Source: Spirochaetia bacterium (GTDB lineage: Bacteria; Spirochaetota; Spirochaetia; SZUA-6; Bin103). From it: a DNA stretch of 64,000 bases. The position numbers were made by a program, and so were the translations under genes. Shown one piece after another: positions 1-9,139 of the stretch. The stretch is from the NCBI GenBank assembly GCA_965199955.1, contig CBDATQ010000001.1:2048001-2112000 (forward strand), in the 5' to 3' direction. The notes under the pieces were generated by a model, which had not been told where the DNA came from, made no database searches, and worked only from the letters and a program-made list of their open reading frames with translations. Position 1 is the stretch's first letter; each line of letters begins with the position of its first letter.

Positions 1-1
1 C

Positions 2-661
2 GAGACCTACCAGGACGAGAACATCCAGGACGAGCTGGAGGCCGACGCCGTGTTCGCGGAGCTGGAGCACATGGTCATCCCGATGTTCTACGACCGCAGC
101 ATCGACGGCCTGCCGCGCGCGTGGATCGCCAAGATGCGGCATTCGATGACCGTGATCGGCGAGCACTTCAGCGCGCAGCGCATGGTCGCCGAGTATCACG
201 GCAACCTCTACGAACCGGCGCTCGCGCACGCCCGCCGGCTGCACGACTCGGGGTACCGGGACGCCGTGGAGCTCGCCGGCCACCTGCAGCGGCTGCACCA
301 CCACTGGCCGGGGATCGCGGTCGAGCAACTCGACTCCGACAGCTCTGCGATGCTGGAGGTGGGCGACTCATTGGACGTCACCGCGCGGATCCGGCTGGGC
401 GGACTGGAGCCGTCCGACGTGCAGGTGGCGCTCTATCATGGCGCGTTGCCCGGCAGCATCGACCTTCAGCCGGGCGACGACGAGATCGTCGACGGGCAGA
501 GCACGCCCATGGAGCTGATCGAACGGCACGGGGAGTCGGCGACCTACCGCGCGAGCGCGATGTGCCGGAAGACGGGGAGGGTGGCCGCGACGGTGCGCGT
601 GATGCCCGACCATCCCTTCCTTCCCCATCCGTTCGTGCCGGGGCTGTTCCTCCAGGGATGA
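2..661 (+). CDS. glgP: Alpha-glucan (glycogen/starch) phosphorylase, C-terminal part; 5' end outside window
   Basis: Open frame from base 2; 'QDELEADAVFAELEHMVIPMFYDR..GLPRAWIAKMRHSM..FSAQRMVAEY..LY' and 'VRVMPDHPFL' match the C-terminus of GlgP-type phosphorylases. Confidence 0.85.
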   Translation, partial: ETYQDENIQDELEADAVFAELEHMVIPMFYDRSIDGLPRAWIAKMRHSMTVIGEHFSAQRMVAEYHGNLYEPALAHARRLHDSGYRDAVELAGHLQRLHHHWPGIAVEQLDSDSSAMLEVGDSLDVTARIRLGGLEPSDVQVALYHGALPGSIDLQPGDDEIVDGQSTPMELIERHGESATYRASAMCRKTGRVAATVRVMPDHPFLPHPFVPGLFLQG

Positions 662-725
662 CACGGCCCGTGGAGACGTCGGCGATGCCGATGGGCTATG
701 GCCGGTCGGTGGCGCGGATGGAGCC

Positions 726-1505
726 ATGAGCCCCGGCACGCGCGGCATCATCATCGGAGCCGGCCGCGGCAGTCGCTTGATGCCTGCCACGGAGAACACG
801 CCCAAGTGCTTCGCCGAGGTGGGCGGGAAGCGCATACTCGACTGGGTGCTGGCGGCCTTCCAGGACAACGGCATCAACGATGTCTGCTTCATCGGTGGCT
901 ACAGGATCGACGTCGTCCGCGCAGCGTATCCCCGGCTCACGTTCCGAACCAACGCCAACTGGGAGCGCAACAACATCCTTGCCTCCCTGATGCACGCCGA
1001 GGATCTGATGGACGGGCCATTCATCTGCTGCTACTCCGACATCCTGTTTACCCCGGAGGTCATTCGGCGGGTGATGAACGACTGCCGCGACATCGCTCTG
1101 GTCGTGGACACGGAGTGGTCCGATCGCTACCGATACCGCACTGACCACCCGGCGGACGACGCCGAGAAGGTGATCGCGGCGGATGGACGGATCACGCGCA
1201 TCCATCGTGACATTGGGGAGTCTGCCGCGTACGGCGAGTTCACAGGCGTCTCGAAGTTCTCCCGCTCGGGAGCCACGCTCTTGAGAGAGCACTATCATCG
1301 CTGCCGGCGCCGTTACGCCGGTGCCAGCTTCCGAGAGGCGCCGTCATTCGAGAAGGCCTACCTCATCCATCTGTACCAGGAGATGCTGGAACAGGGCGTG
1401 CCAATCGCGCACGTCGACACGCCCGGAGAGTACGTGGAGATCGACACCCAGCAGGACTTCGAGCTGGCGCGCGCGCACTGGGACGGTGGTGGCGCGCGTG
1501 GGTGA
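726..1505 (+). CDS. Nucleotidyltransferase, LicC/phosphocholine cytidylyltransferase family
   Basis: GIIIGAGRGSRL..PKC motif, YSDILF, C-terminal EIDTQQD. Confidence 0.85.
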   Translation: MSPGTRGIIIGAGRGSRLMPATENTPKCFAEVGGKRILDWVLAAFQDNGINDVCFIGGYRIDVVRAAYPRLTFRTNANWERNNILASLMHAEDLMDGPFICCYSDILFTPEVIRRVMNDCRDIALVVDTEWSDRYRYRTDHPADDAEKVIAADGRITRIHRDIGESAAYGEFTGVSKFSRSGATLLREHYHRCRRRYAGASFREAPSFEKAYLIHLYQEMLEQGVPIAHVDTPGEYVEIDTQQDFELARAHWDGGGARG

Positions 1506-2624
1506 CCATCGCGAGCGCTTCCTGTTTCCCACTTCGGTGGTAGGTTCCGTGCCGCGACCACAATTCGTTCGCGACCTCATCGGTGCCTCCGGGTCCCTTG
1601 CCGCGGAGGACTACGGCGCGCGGATGGACGCCGCCGTCCGCTACGTCGTCGCCATGCAGGAGCACGCCGGTCTCGACGTCGTCACCGACGGTGAGTGGCG
1701 GCGCCGGTCCTACATCGGCGTGATTGCGGAGCTGGCCCACGGCTTCGAGCTTTCGGCCAACCCTGCCGACGGTCGCCCATGGACGGTGGTGGTAGACAGG
1801 CTGGCGCCCAAAGCGACGGGGTTCATCGCCCGTGAGGTTGCGTTTCTCAAGAGCGTGACGTCGCGTGCAGTGAAAGCCACGTTGCCGGCACCGGCGCTGC
1901 TCGGGGAACGCATGTGGGATGCGCAGCGCTCGTCGCAGGCGTATCCCACGCGAGAGCAGTTCGTGCGCGACTGCGTGCCGATCCTGCGACGCGAGGTGGA
2001 ACTGGTGTGTGACGCCGGGGCGGATGTGATTCAGATCGACGACCCGCACCTGTGCCTGTTCGTGGATCCCGACGTCCGGGCCGGCTACGAAGATCCCGAC
2101 GCTGCGGCCGACTTTTCGGTGGACATGGTGAACCAGGTGTTGAGCGGTCATCACGCCATGGCTGCAGACGTGACGACCGCCGTGCACCTCTGTCGGCGCG
2201 CCGGTGCCCGTGCGCGCGGTGAGCGCAGCCATCGCGGCGACTACGCGCCTACGTTGCCCAGCTCAATCGGCTGCAAGCGCAGCACCTGACGTTGGAGTTC
2301 ACCACTCCGGAGGCCGGCGACATGCAGGTGTTGCGCGATCTGCGGGAGGAACTGCAGATCGGTCTCGGCTGCGTCAGCGTAACGCCCGGGCAGATCGATA
2401 CCGCTGCTCAGATCGTGCAGCGGGTGGAAGCGGCGCTGCAATTCGTCGCGCCGGAGCGGATCACCCTCAACCCGGACTGCGGCTTTGCACCTGGCTCGGG
2501 CGCCGACGTCTCCATGGACGAGGTATACGCCAAGCTGACGGCAGAAGTCGCGGCCGCGCGTATGCTGCGGGAGACGGCACGCGCCGATCCCGGTTACTTC
2601 TGTTGCTGGAAGAAGCGCCGATAG
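1498..2624 (+). pseudogene. Cobalamin-independent methionine synthase II (MetE C-terminal-like) family, split by a frameshift near 2257-2260
   Basis: GTG 1498; PTSVVGSVPRP, DVVTDGEWRR, IQIDDP, HLC in frame 1; LEF and NPDCG in the next frame; one extra C in TTGCCCAG restores LPQLNRLQAQHLTLEF. Confidence 0.8.
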
Positions 2625-2692
2625 ACTTCTTCCTCGGAGAGCGTTTCGGAGTGGAACCAGGTCGAGCAGATCCACTCCGACAGCGCTGCCAC
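2594..2692 (-). pseudogene. Short C-terminal coding remnant, possibly of an alpha-E domain protein
   Basis: Reads VAALSEWICSTWFHSETLSEEEVYRRFFQQQK* directly downstream of the transglutaminase gene; no start codon context. Confidence 0.3.
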
Positions 2693-2722
2693 GCTCGAGG
2701 TGGGCGCTCGCTGGACGGACGG

Positions 2723-3631
2723 TCAGGCGCCGTTCCTGACCACGTAGGCGGTCGAAAGCAGTTCGAGCGCATCATCGAACACGGTCTCGGTGTCGGCAAA
2801 CCGCACCGCGGAAATGGCCGCGCACTCGGTGGCCGCGCCTTTCGACAGGAACGATCCGGAGACCGGCGAGACGTCGGAGTAGTCGCGGCCGACGGCCAGC
2901 TTGATGTAGTCGCTGGCGGGCGGAAACAGGACGCCACGGGTGGGGTCGGCCGCGACCCAGCCGGACCGCGGATGGAGCACCTCCAGCCAGGCGTGGGTCT
3001 CTCCCACTTGTCCCGTGAGCAGCCCGCTGACGTAGCGGCAGGGGATGCTCAGCGCGCGCAGCATGCCCAGGGCCAGGTGGGTCTTGTCCTGGCACACTCC
3101 TTCCCTGGTTGCCAGCACCTGCTCGGCAGTGGTCGTGACCCCGGTGGCGCCGCGCCGGTATCCGATCTCGCGGTGCACCCACTCGACGGTCGCACGTACC
3201 GCCGCCAGCAGGGAGCCGGCGTCGCCAGCGACCTCCTGCGACACCGCCGCGACGCCTTCGGGATCGATCAGCGGCGACCTGAACGCGAAGTCGAAGCCGT
3301 CCGGCAGATCGGTGACCTCGGCCAAGGCGGAGTCCTCGGGCGCCGGCGCCGCATCAGCCAGCCGGATCCGTCCCGCCGTGGCGACCACGAGGCGGTCGTG
3401 CGGCGCGAAGATGCGGACGCGCTGCACGCGGTTGCCGAAGCGGTCCCGGTACTCCACGGAGCGGCCTTCGGGCCGGGTCCACATCTGCTGGCCCATCGGC
3501 TCCTGGGACGCGTCGGCAAGGGGAAAGATGCGGAGCTGATTGTCGTTGTGCAGGACCCGGTCGGAGTAACCGTAGTGCGCTGCGTAGATATACGACGCCG
3601 TGACCGTCTGTGCCGCTAGCTGAGCACCCAT
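2723..3631 (-). CDS. Bacterial transglutaminase-like family protein
   Basis: Catalytic motifs GVCQDKTH, CRYVSG, ETHAWLEV, GWVAADPT, LAVGRDYSDVSP; N-terminal DRFGNRV domain; start uncertain. Confidence 0.9.
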   Translation of the reverse strand: MGAQLAAQTVTASYIYAAHYGYSDRVLHNDNQLRIFPLADASQEPMGQQMWTRPEGRSVEYRDRFGNRVQRVRIFAPHDRLVVATAGRIRLADAAPAPEDSALAEVTDLPDGFDFAFRSPLIDPEGVAAVSQEVAGDAGSLLAAVRATVEWVHREIGYRRGATGVTTTAEQVLATREGVCQDKTHLALGMLRALSIPCRYVSGLLTGQVGETHAWLEVLHPRSGWVAADPTRGVLFPPASDYIKLAVGRDYSDVSPVSGSFLSKGAATECAAISAVRFADTETVFDDALELLSTAYVVRNGA

Positions 3632-3846
3632 GTGGGCTTGCACAGTCCCCCCGAAGAGTTGTTGGTGATGCGGCTGCCTTCCAGCGCCACCCGGGGCAGG
3701 CCGCCGGGGAACACCGTGACCTCGCCGTCCGCGCCCTGAATGGCGAATACCCGCAGGTCCACGTGGCGTGGCTCCAGCATGCCGTTCCGCTCATTCAAGA
3801 CGACGTGTTGGGAGAAGTCCAGCGCGTCTTGCGCGATGAACATCAA
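3616..3846 (-). pseudogene. C-terminal remnant of a circularly permuted type 2 ATP-grasp protein
   Basis: EPRHVDLRVFA..VFPGGLPRVAL..ITNNSSGGLCKPTWVL is the conserved C-terminus of this family; only 76 aa present. Confidence 0.8.
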
Positions 3847-4367
3847 TCCTGCGCGGCTGCTTCCCGAGTGTCGATATCGTCGATCATCAGAACGTCGATG
3901 TCAGGGACGGATCCGAAGGCTCGGTCCGTGGTCACCAGGTGGTCGGCCCCGAGGCGTAGTGCCGTCGCGAGAATGACGGAGTCGGTCGTGAGCAGGCCGT
4001 GCTCTGATTGCAGGTCGAGCGCTCGGTCAAAGTCCGCGCGGCTGTGCGGTGCGATCCGCAGTCCCATGTCCTGCAAGGCGTCCAGCTTGGTTCGGTAGAC
4101 GTGCAGCCGCCGCGCGAGCTCGGGGCGCGAGGCGAGCTTGCGCGCGGGGTTGGAGCCCGTAAGCTTCCCGGTCGCTCGCGCCTCGATGAGCATGAGTCGA
4201 TGGCACACTTCCAGGAGCGCCGCAAAGGGCAGGATGCCGACGATCGTCGCCTGCGTGCAGCGAGCCAGCAACGCCTGTGCCTGTTCGGAGTATCCTGCTG
4301 CCGCATAGATCAGGATGTTCGCGTCGATGCAGCACCGCGACCCCGTGGGAATCGCCTCGACCGTCAC
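3843..4367 (-). CDS. vapC: PIN-domain toxin (VapC family)
   Basis: IDANILIY, LLEVCH, LLTTDSVILATA, LVTTDRAF acidic tetrad; overlaps upstream antitoxin stop. Confidence 0.9.
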   Translation of the reverse strand: MTVEAIPTGSRCCIDANILIYAAAGYSEQAQALLARCTQATIVGILPFAALLEVCHRLMLIEARATGKLTGSNPARKLASRPELARRLHVYRTKLDALQDMGLRIAPHSRADFDRALDLQSEHGLLTTDSVILATALRLGADHLVTTDRAFGSVPDIDVLMIDDIDTREAAAQD

Positions 4368-4606
4368 GGGGCCAGCATATCGTCGTCGATGATGAGTTGC
4401 AGGTCGGCCGGTTCGACCGGCATCGGGCTCTCGCAGAACACGCGGTACGCCCGCATCGCCCGCTGTTGGTCGGGTCGCCGCTCGGCGAGGTATCCGATGA
4501 GCGCTTCGCTGATCACGTCGCTGATGCGCCTGCCTTCCTCGGCCGCAACGCGCCGGACCTCCATGACGAGGTCTTCCTCCAGCAGCGTCCCGACCTTCTG
4601 TTTCAT
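4364..4606 (-). CDS. Ribbon-helix-helix antitoxin (VapB-like), 80 aa
   Basis: MKQKVGTLLEEDLVMEVRRVAAEEGRRISDVISEALIGYL; GTGA overlap with PIN gene. Confidence 0.8.
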   Translation of the reverse strand: MKQKVGTLLEEDLVMEVRRVAAEEGRRISDVISEALIGYLAERRPDQQRAMRAYRVFCESPMPVEPADLQLIIDDDMLAP

Positions 4607-4612
4607 CTTTCG

Positions 4613-4641
4613 AGAATGCGGTAGAGTTCTACCGTTGTCAA
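4613..4641 (-). promoter_or_regulatory. Sigma70 promoter with palindromic operator for the vapBC pair
   Basis: TTGACA-N17-CATTCT, 6 nt before ATG 4606; spacer contains CGGTAGA-GT-TCTACCG (4619-4634). Confidence 0.7.
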
Positions 4642-4642
4642 G

Positions 4643-6091
4643 ATGAACGGCGTCTGGGTCACCCGCGGCTTCGCGGCGTTTCGGCGCGGCACCTTCGGCA
4701 ATGCCGGTCAGAATCTCTACGTGTCGCGGGCCGGGTTGCTGCAGCGCATCCATCACCTGGACCTGAATCGCGACGGCTACGCGGACCTGCTGTTCTGCAA
4801 CGCGCAGGGGCACCTGGAGGCGCCGCCGGCCTGCGTGTACGGGGACGTCTTCGGCGCCTGCGAGCGCACCGAGCTGCCCGCCGGCGGCAGCCCCACCGCG
4901 GCTGTGGCTGACATCTCGGGCGACGGCCATGCCGACCTGATCATCGGCAACGAGAAGAGCGGCAACGCCGGCCGCATGAACGCCAACGTCTACTTCGGAT
5001 CGCCGGACGGCCTGAGCGAGCGCTACCAGACCGTGCTGCCGGCGCACCGCTGCACGTCGGTGGCTGCCGGCGTCTTCGACGGGGACGGCCGCGCGGAGCT
5101 GATCGTGACCGCGGCCGACCGGCCGCCGCGCATCTACTGGGGCGGCGCCGTCGGCACCGATCCGGAGTGCTGGTCTGACGTTCCCGCTCCCGACGGGTGG
5201 GCGCCGGTTGACCTTGCCGAAACCGAGGAGCTGTCCGAGACCGAGCGCGTGGGCGCCGTGGCGCCGCTGGCGATCGCCGTCGACCTGGGCTCCGAACCGC
5301 TGGTATTCGTCGCCGGCGGGGCGACGCAGTTCCTGGTGCCGGTCACCCCGGAACGCGGCTTCGGCCCGCCGCTGCGGCTCGCGTGCCGCAACGCCCTGGC
5401 GGTGGCGGCCGGGGATTTCGACGGCGACGGCCGGATCGACCTGGCGATCGCGCCGGCCTGGCGCAACCGCTGCGTGATCCTGCGCGGCGGCCCGGACGGG
5501 TTCAGCACTGAACGAGCATGGGTCCTGCCCACCTCGTTCAGCGCCGGCTATCCGGTGGCGCACGACATCACCGGTAACGGCTATCCCGACCTCCTGCTCG
5601 GCGGCGGCAAGCCCAACCCCGGCCAGCCGCACGACTCGTTCAACCACGTCTTCTGGAACGGGCCCGAGGGGTTGCGCGCCGACCGGCAGACGCAGCTCCC
5701 GTCCAACTGCGGCCACGGCCTGGCGGTCGCCGACTTCGACGGCGACGGGGTTCCCGACCTGCTGAGCTGCGGCTACCAGAGCGCCGTCGACCGGGACGTG
5801 GACGCGGTCATCTACTGGGGCAATCACGACACGGGATTCCGCGCCGGCGACTTCACGCGGCTGCGCGCGCACTCGTCGGCCGGCTGCCTCGCGGCCGACT
5901 TCGACGGCGACGGCCGCGTCGACATCGCCATCGCAAACCACAAGATCTTCGGCGATCACGTGGGCGAGTCCTTCGTGTACTGGAACAGTCCGGACGGATT
6001 CAGCGAGCAGCGGGTCACGCGCCTGCCGAACGGCGGCTGCACCCCCCGCGTGCGCGAAGTCCGGGTAGAGTACGGGGAGCGCCAACCATGA
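4643..6091 (+). CDS. FG-GAP/VCBS repeat protein, no signal peptide, possibly internally deleted
   Basis: Repeated DxxGDGxxDL motifs (DLNRDGYADL, DISGDGHADL, DFDGDGRIDL, DFDGDGVPDL, DFDGDGRVDI) followed by YW/YFG motifs. Confidence 0.8.
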   Translation: MNGVWVTRGFAAFRRGTFGNAGQNLYVSRAGLLQRIHHLDLNRDGYADLLFCNAQGHLEAPPACVYGDVFGACERTELPAGGSPTAAVADISGDGHADLIIGNEKSGNAGRMNANVYFGSPDGLSERYQTVLPAHRCTSVAAGVFDGDGRAELIVTAADRPPRIYWGGAVGTDPECWSDVPAPDGWAPVDLAETEELSETERVGAVAPLAIAVDLGSEPLVFVAGGATQFLVPVTPERGFGPPLRLACRNALAVAAGDFDGDGRIDLAIAPAWRNRCVILRGGPDGFSTERAWVLPTSFSAGYPVAHDITGNGYPDLLLGGGKPNPGQPHDSFNHVFWNGPEGLRADRQTQLPSNCGHGLAVADFDGDGVPDLLSCGYQSAVDRDVDAVIYWGNHDTGFRAGDFTRLRAHSSAGCLAADFDGDGRVDIAIANHKIFGDHVGESFVYWNSPDGFSEQRVTRLPNGGCTPRVREVRVEYGERQP

Positions 6092-6101
6092 TCGGACAGG
6101 C

Positions 6102-6950
6102 ATGATCGTCGACACGCACGTGCACGTCTGGGAGATGCCGCCGGTCGCGCCGATCGGTCCGACCGCGTCATCGTTCACCTCGCTGCCGGAGGAAGCGGCC
6201 CCGGTGGAGCTGCTGATCGAGGACATGGACGCCAACGGCGTCGACGCCGCGGTGCTGGTGCAGACGAGCTGGTCGACCTGGGACAACACCTACGTCGCCG
6301 AAGCGGCCTCGAAGCATCCGGGCCGGCTGCGCTCGATCGGCCTGATCGATCCTCTGGACCCGGGCAGCGCGGACCTGGTCGGGCACTGGATGGACAAGTT
6401 GGGGATGCGAGGCTTCCGCTTCCATCCCGACTACTATTCGGACGCCGAGATCCTCACATCGCCCCCTGCCGGGCTGATTCTCGGAGCGATCGAGGACCGC
6501 AGTGGCATCGTCAAGGTGCACAACCGCGTCTCCAACGCGCACCAGCTCGCCGACGCCGCGCGCCGCCATCCCGGCATCACCTGGATCATCGATCACCTGA
6601 TGTACCCGGAGCCGGACATGGCCGCGGACGGCTGGCGCGACTACGATCCGGTCCTCCGCCTGGCGGAGCGGGAGAACGTCTTCCTGACGATCTCGGACGT
6701 GCACAGCCGCTCGGACGTGGAGTTTCCGTACCGAGACTTGCACGCGGTGATCAAGCGCGGGATCGACGCGTTCGGCATCGACCGCTGCCTGTGGGGCACC
6801 GGCTATCCCGGCCACCTCCGCGTCGCGCATGGCTGGCCGCCGCTGGCCGACGAGCTGCGCCTGATGCGCGAGGGCCTCGACTGGCTGACCGCCACCGAGC
6901 GCGCGTCGATCCTCGGCGGGAACGCCAGAAGGCTCTACGGCTATGGCTGA
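6102..6950 (+). CDS. Amidohydrolase family protein (Amidohydro_2)
   Basis: IVDTHVHVW, IIDHL, CLWGTGYP, ILGGNARRLY. Confidence 0.85.
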   Translation: MIVDTHVHVWEMPPVAPIGPTASSFTSLPEEAAPVELLIEDMDANGVDAAVLVQTSWSTWDNTYVAEAASKHPGRLRSIGLIDPLDPGSADLVGHWMDKLGMRGFRFHPDYYSDAEILTSPPAGLILGAIEDRSGIVKVHNRVSNAHQLADAARRHPGITWIIDHLMYPEPDMAADGWRDYDPVLRLAERENVFLTISDVHSRSDVEFPYRDLHAVIKRGIDAFGIDRCLWGTGYPGHLRVAHGWPPLADELRLMREGLDWLTATERASILGGNARRLYGYG

Positions 6951-7782
6951 TCCGAAGCCCGTCTCTCCGCAGACGCTGTCGGGGCAGGTCGCCGTGGTCA
7001 CCGGCGCGGCGCAGGGGCTGGGAAGGGGCATCGCGGAGACCGTCGCGTCCCGTGGCGCCACGGTGATCGTCGCTGACCTGCAGGAAGACAAGGCCGAGGC
7101 GGTCGCCGCCGCGATCGCCGGCGACGGACTGGCCGCGGCAGCAGCCCGCCTGGACGTCACGTCGACCGCCGAGGTGGACGGTTTCTTCGCCGAGGTCCGT
7201 CAGGCGCAGGGGCGGCTGGACATTCTCGTGAACAGCGCCGGGCTGGGCCAGAACGTGGCGCCGGTCGTCGAGCTCGGCGACGAGGAGTGGGAACGGGTGC
7301 TGAACGTGAACCTGAATGGCACGTTCAAGTGCTGCCGCGCGGCCGCGCGGATCATGGAGCGCCAGGAGTCCGGGTGCATCGTCAACCTGGCGTCGATCAA
7401 CGGCCAGAACCCCGCTGCGTGGGTCGCCGCGTACAACGTGGCCAAGGCCGGGGTGATCGGCTTCACGCGTTCGCTGGCGCTGGAGCTCGCTGCGTACGGC
7501 GTCCGCGTCAACGCGATCTGTCCGGGACCGGTGTACACGGACTTCAACCGGCGGGTGATGGCGCAGCGCTGCCAGACGCTGGGGATCACGGAGGAGGAGA
7601 TGATCGAGCGGATCCGGCAGGCGATTCCCTTGGGCCGTTGGGGCGAGCCCGAGGACATCGCCTTCGCGGTCGCCAACCTCTGCGACCCGAACTCCTCCTG
7701 GGTGACCGGCGAGATCCTGCGCATCTCCGGCGGCATGGAGGGCGTCGCCGCCGCGCCGCGCAGGCGGGCCGCGGGCTCGTGA
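6943..7782 (+). CDS. Short-chain dehydrogenase/reductase
   Basis: TGAAQGLG, VNSAG, YNVAK, VNAICPG. Confidence 0.9.
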   Translation: MADPKPVSPQTLSGQVAVVTGAAQGLGRGIAETVASRGATVIVADLQEDKAEAVAAAIAGDGLAAAAARLDVTSTAEVDGFFAEVRQAQGRLDILVNSAGLGQNVAPVVELGDEEWERVLNVNLNGTFKCCRAAARIMERQESGCIVNLASINGQNPAAWVAAYNVAKAGVIGFTRSLALELAAYGVRVNAICPGPVYTDFNRRVMAQRCQTLGITEEEMIERIRQAIPLGRWGEPEDIAFAVANLCDPNSSWVTGEILRISGGMEGVAAAPRRRAAGS

Positions 7783-8726
7783 CGGTCGCGGCGGGCATCA
7801 GCCGGGTCGGGATCTGCGGCGCCGGCCAGATGGGCGCCGCGGCGGCCGTGGCCTTCAAGCGTGGCGGCTACGAAGTTCTGGTGTGGGATCGGGACCCAGA
7901 GCGGCTCGCCGGGGTCGAGGAGACGGCGGCGTCCCTGGAGGACTGGACGGAGCGCCACGTCGGTCCCGCGTTGCGGGCGGGGGGCGCGATCAGAACTGCC
8001 GGGGAGCCGGCGGAGCTCGACCGGGGCGCCGATCTGATCATGGAGGCCATCGTCGAGGACCTTGATCGCAAAGGGGACCTGCTCCGCGGGTTCGCGGTCG
8101 CCAGGGAGCGCGGAGCGATCTTCATCAGCACCACCAGCGGGCTCCCCATTACGGAGCTGGGGCGCCGCGGCGCCTGCGCCGAGCTGCTGGCGGGCACGCA
8201 CTTCTGGAACCCGCCCCACTTGATGCCCCTGGTCGAGGTGGTCCGCGGCGAAGGGACGCCGGACAGCGTGATGGACCGGGTGTGCGAGGTGATGACCTCG
8301 ATCCGCAAGATCCCCGTGCGCGTCAACCGCGACATCCCCGGGTTCATCGGCAACCGCATGCTGCACGCGCTCTGGCGCGAAGCGATCTACTTGGCGCAGG
8401 AAGGGGTCGCCACGGCCGAGGAGATCGACAGGGTGGCGCGCCTGACGTTCGCGCTGCGGATGCCCGCCCTCGGTCCGCTGGAGAACATGGACCTGGTCGG
8501 GCTCGACCTGATCGGCGCCATCCACGACTACCTGATGGAGTCCCTGTCGAACGAAGGCGAGCCGTTGCCGGCGCTGCGTGACCGGATCGGCCGGGGCGAA
8601 CTCGGCGCCAAGAGCGGTGCCGGCTTCCACGACTGGTCCGGCCGCGACGCTGCCGAGGTGGCGGAACGCCGCGACCGGCAGATCGTCCGCCAGCTTGCAT
8701 ACCTCAGGGAGACCGGCGACCTGTGA
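7779..8726 (+). CDS. 3-hydroxyacyl-CoA dehydrogenase family protein
   Basis: GTG overlapping SDR stop; GAGQMG, EAIVED, THFWNPPHLMPLVEVV, PGFIGNR, LGAKSGAGF. Confidence 0.9.
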   Translation: MTVAAGISRVGICGAGQMGAAAAVAFKRGGYEVLVWDRDPERLAGVEETAASLEDWTERHVGPALRAGGAIRTAGEPAELDRGADLIMEAIVEDLDRKGDLLRGFAVARERGAIFISTTSGLPITELGRRGACAELLAGTHFWNPPHLMPLVEVVRGEGTPDSVMDRVCEVMTSIRKIPVRVNRDIPGFIGNRMLHALWREAIYLAQEGVATAEEIDRVARLTFALRMPALGPLENMDLVGLDLIGAIHDYLMESLSNEGEPLPALRDRIGRGELGAKSGAGFHDWSGRDAAEVAERRDRQIVRQLAYLRETGDL

Positions 8727-9115
8727 GACCGACCGTCTTCGTGCCCGAGCCGATCGCCGCGTGCGGTATGGAGTTGCTGGAGGCGGCCTGCGATTGCACG
8801 GCGCCCTGGACCGAGGGGAGGGTGCCGGCCGATGCCGAAGCGCCGGAGATGCTGCGCGGCGCGGATGTGAGCTCTTCGGGCAGAACGGCAAACAGTCGGG
8901 CTGGGGGTTCGGATACTCCGGTGGCGGTCCTGTTGGACCCGGCGGCCGCGAAGAGCAGCCGCGGCCGGGGGGCCGTCGGTTGGGGCGGGGCGTTCGGCAC
9001 GACGACCTGGACCGACCCGGAGCTGGAGATCACGGCGGTGCTGATGGTGCAGCAGGGCAGCCAGGGTGTGGTCCAGGACTTCGAGAACGCCGTCCGCGCG
9101 GCGATCATCGACTGA
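8723..9115 (+). pseudogene. Chimeric remnant: 2-hydroxyacid/phosphoglycerate dehydrogenase N-terminus joined to serine hydrolase (class C beta-lactamase-like) C-terminus
   Basis: MRPTVFVPEPIAACGMELLE..LRGADV then GWGGAFGTTTWTDPELEITAVLMVQ..DFENAVRAAIID. Confidence 0.65.
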
Positions 9116-9139
9116 AGCGGCCGGCATGGAGGGAGAGCC

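Noticed and set aside
2646..2680. Hairpin TCGGAGTGGA..TCCACTCCGA as SRP RNA or REP element
   Set aside because: Lacks the SRP GGAA tetraloop helix, I saw no second copy in the window, and it lies within a coding remnant.
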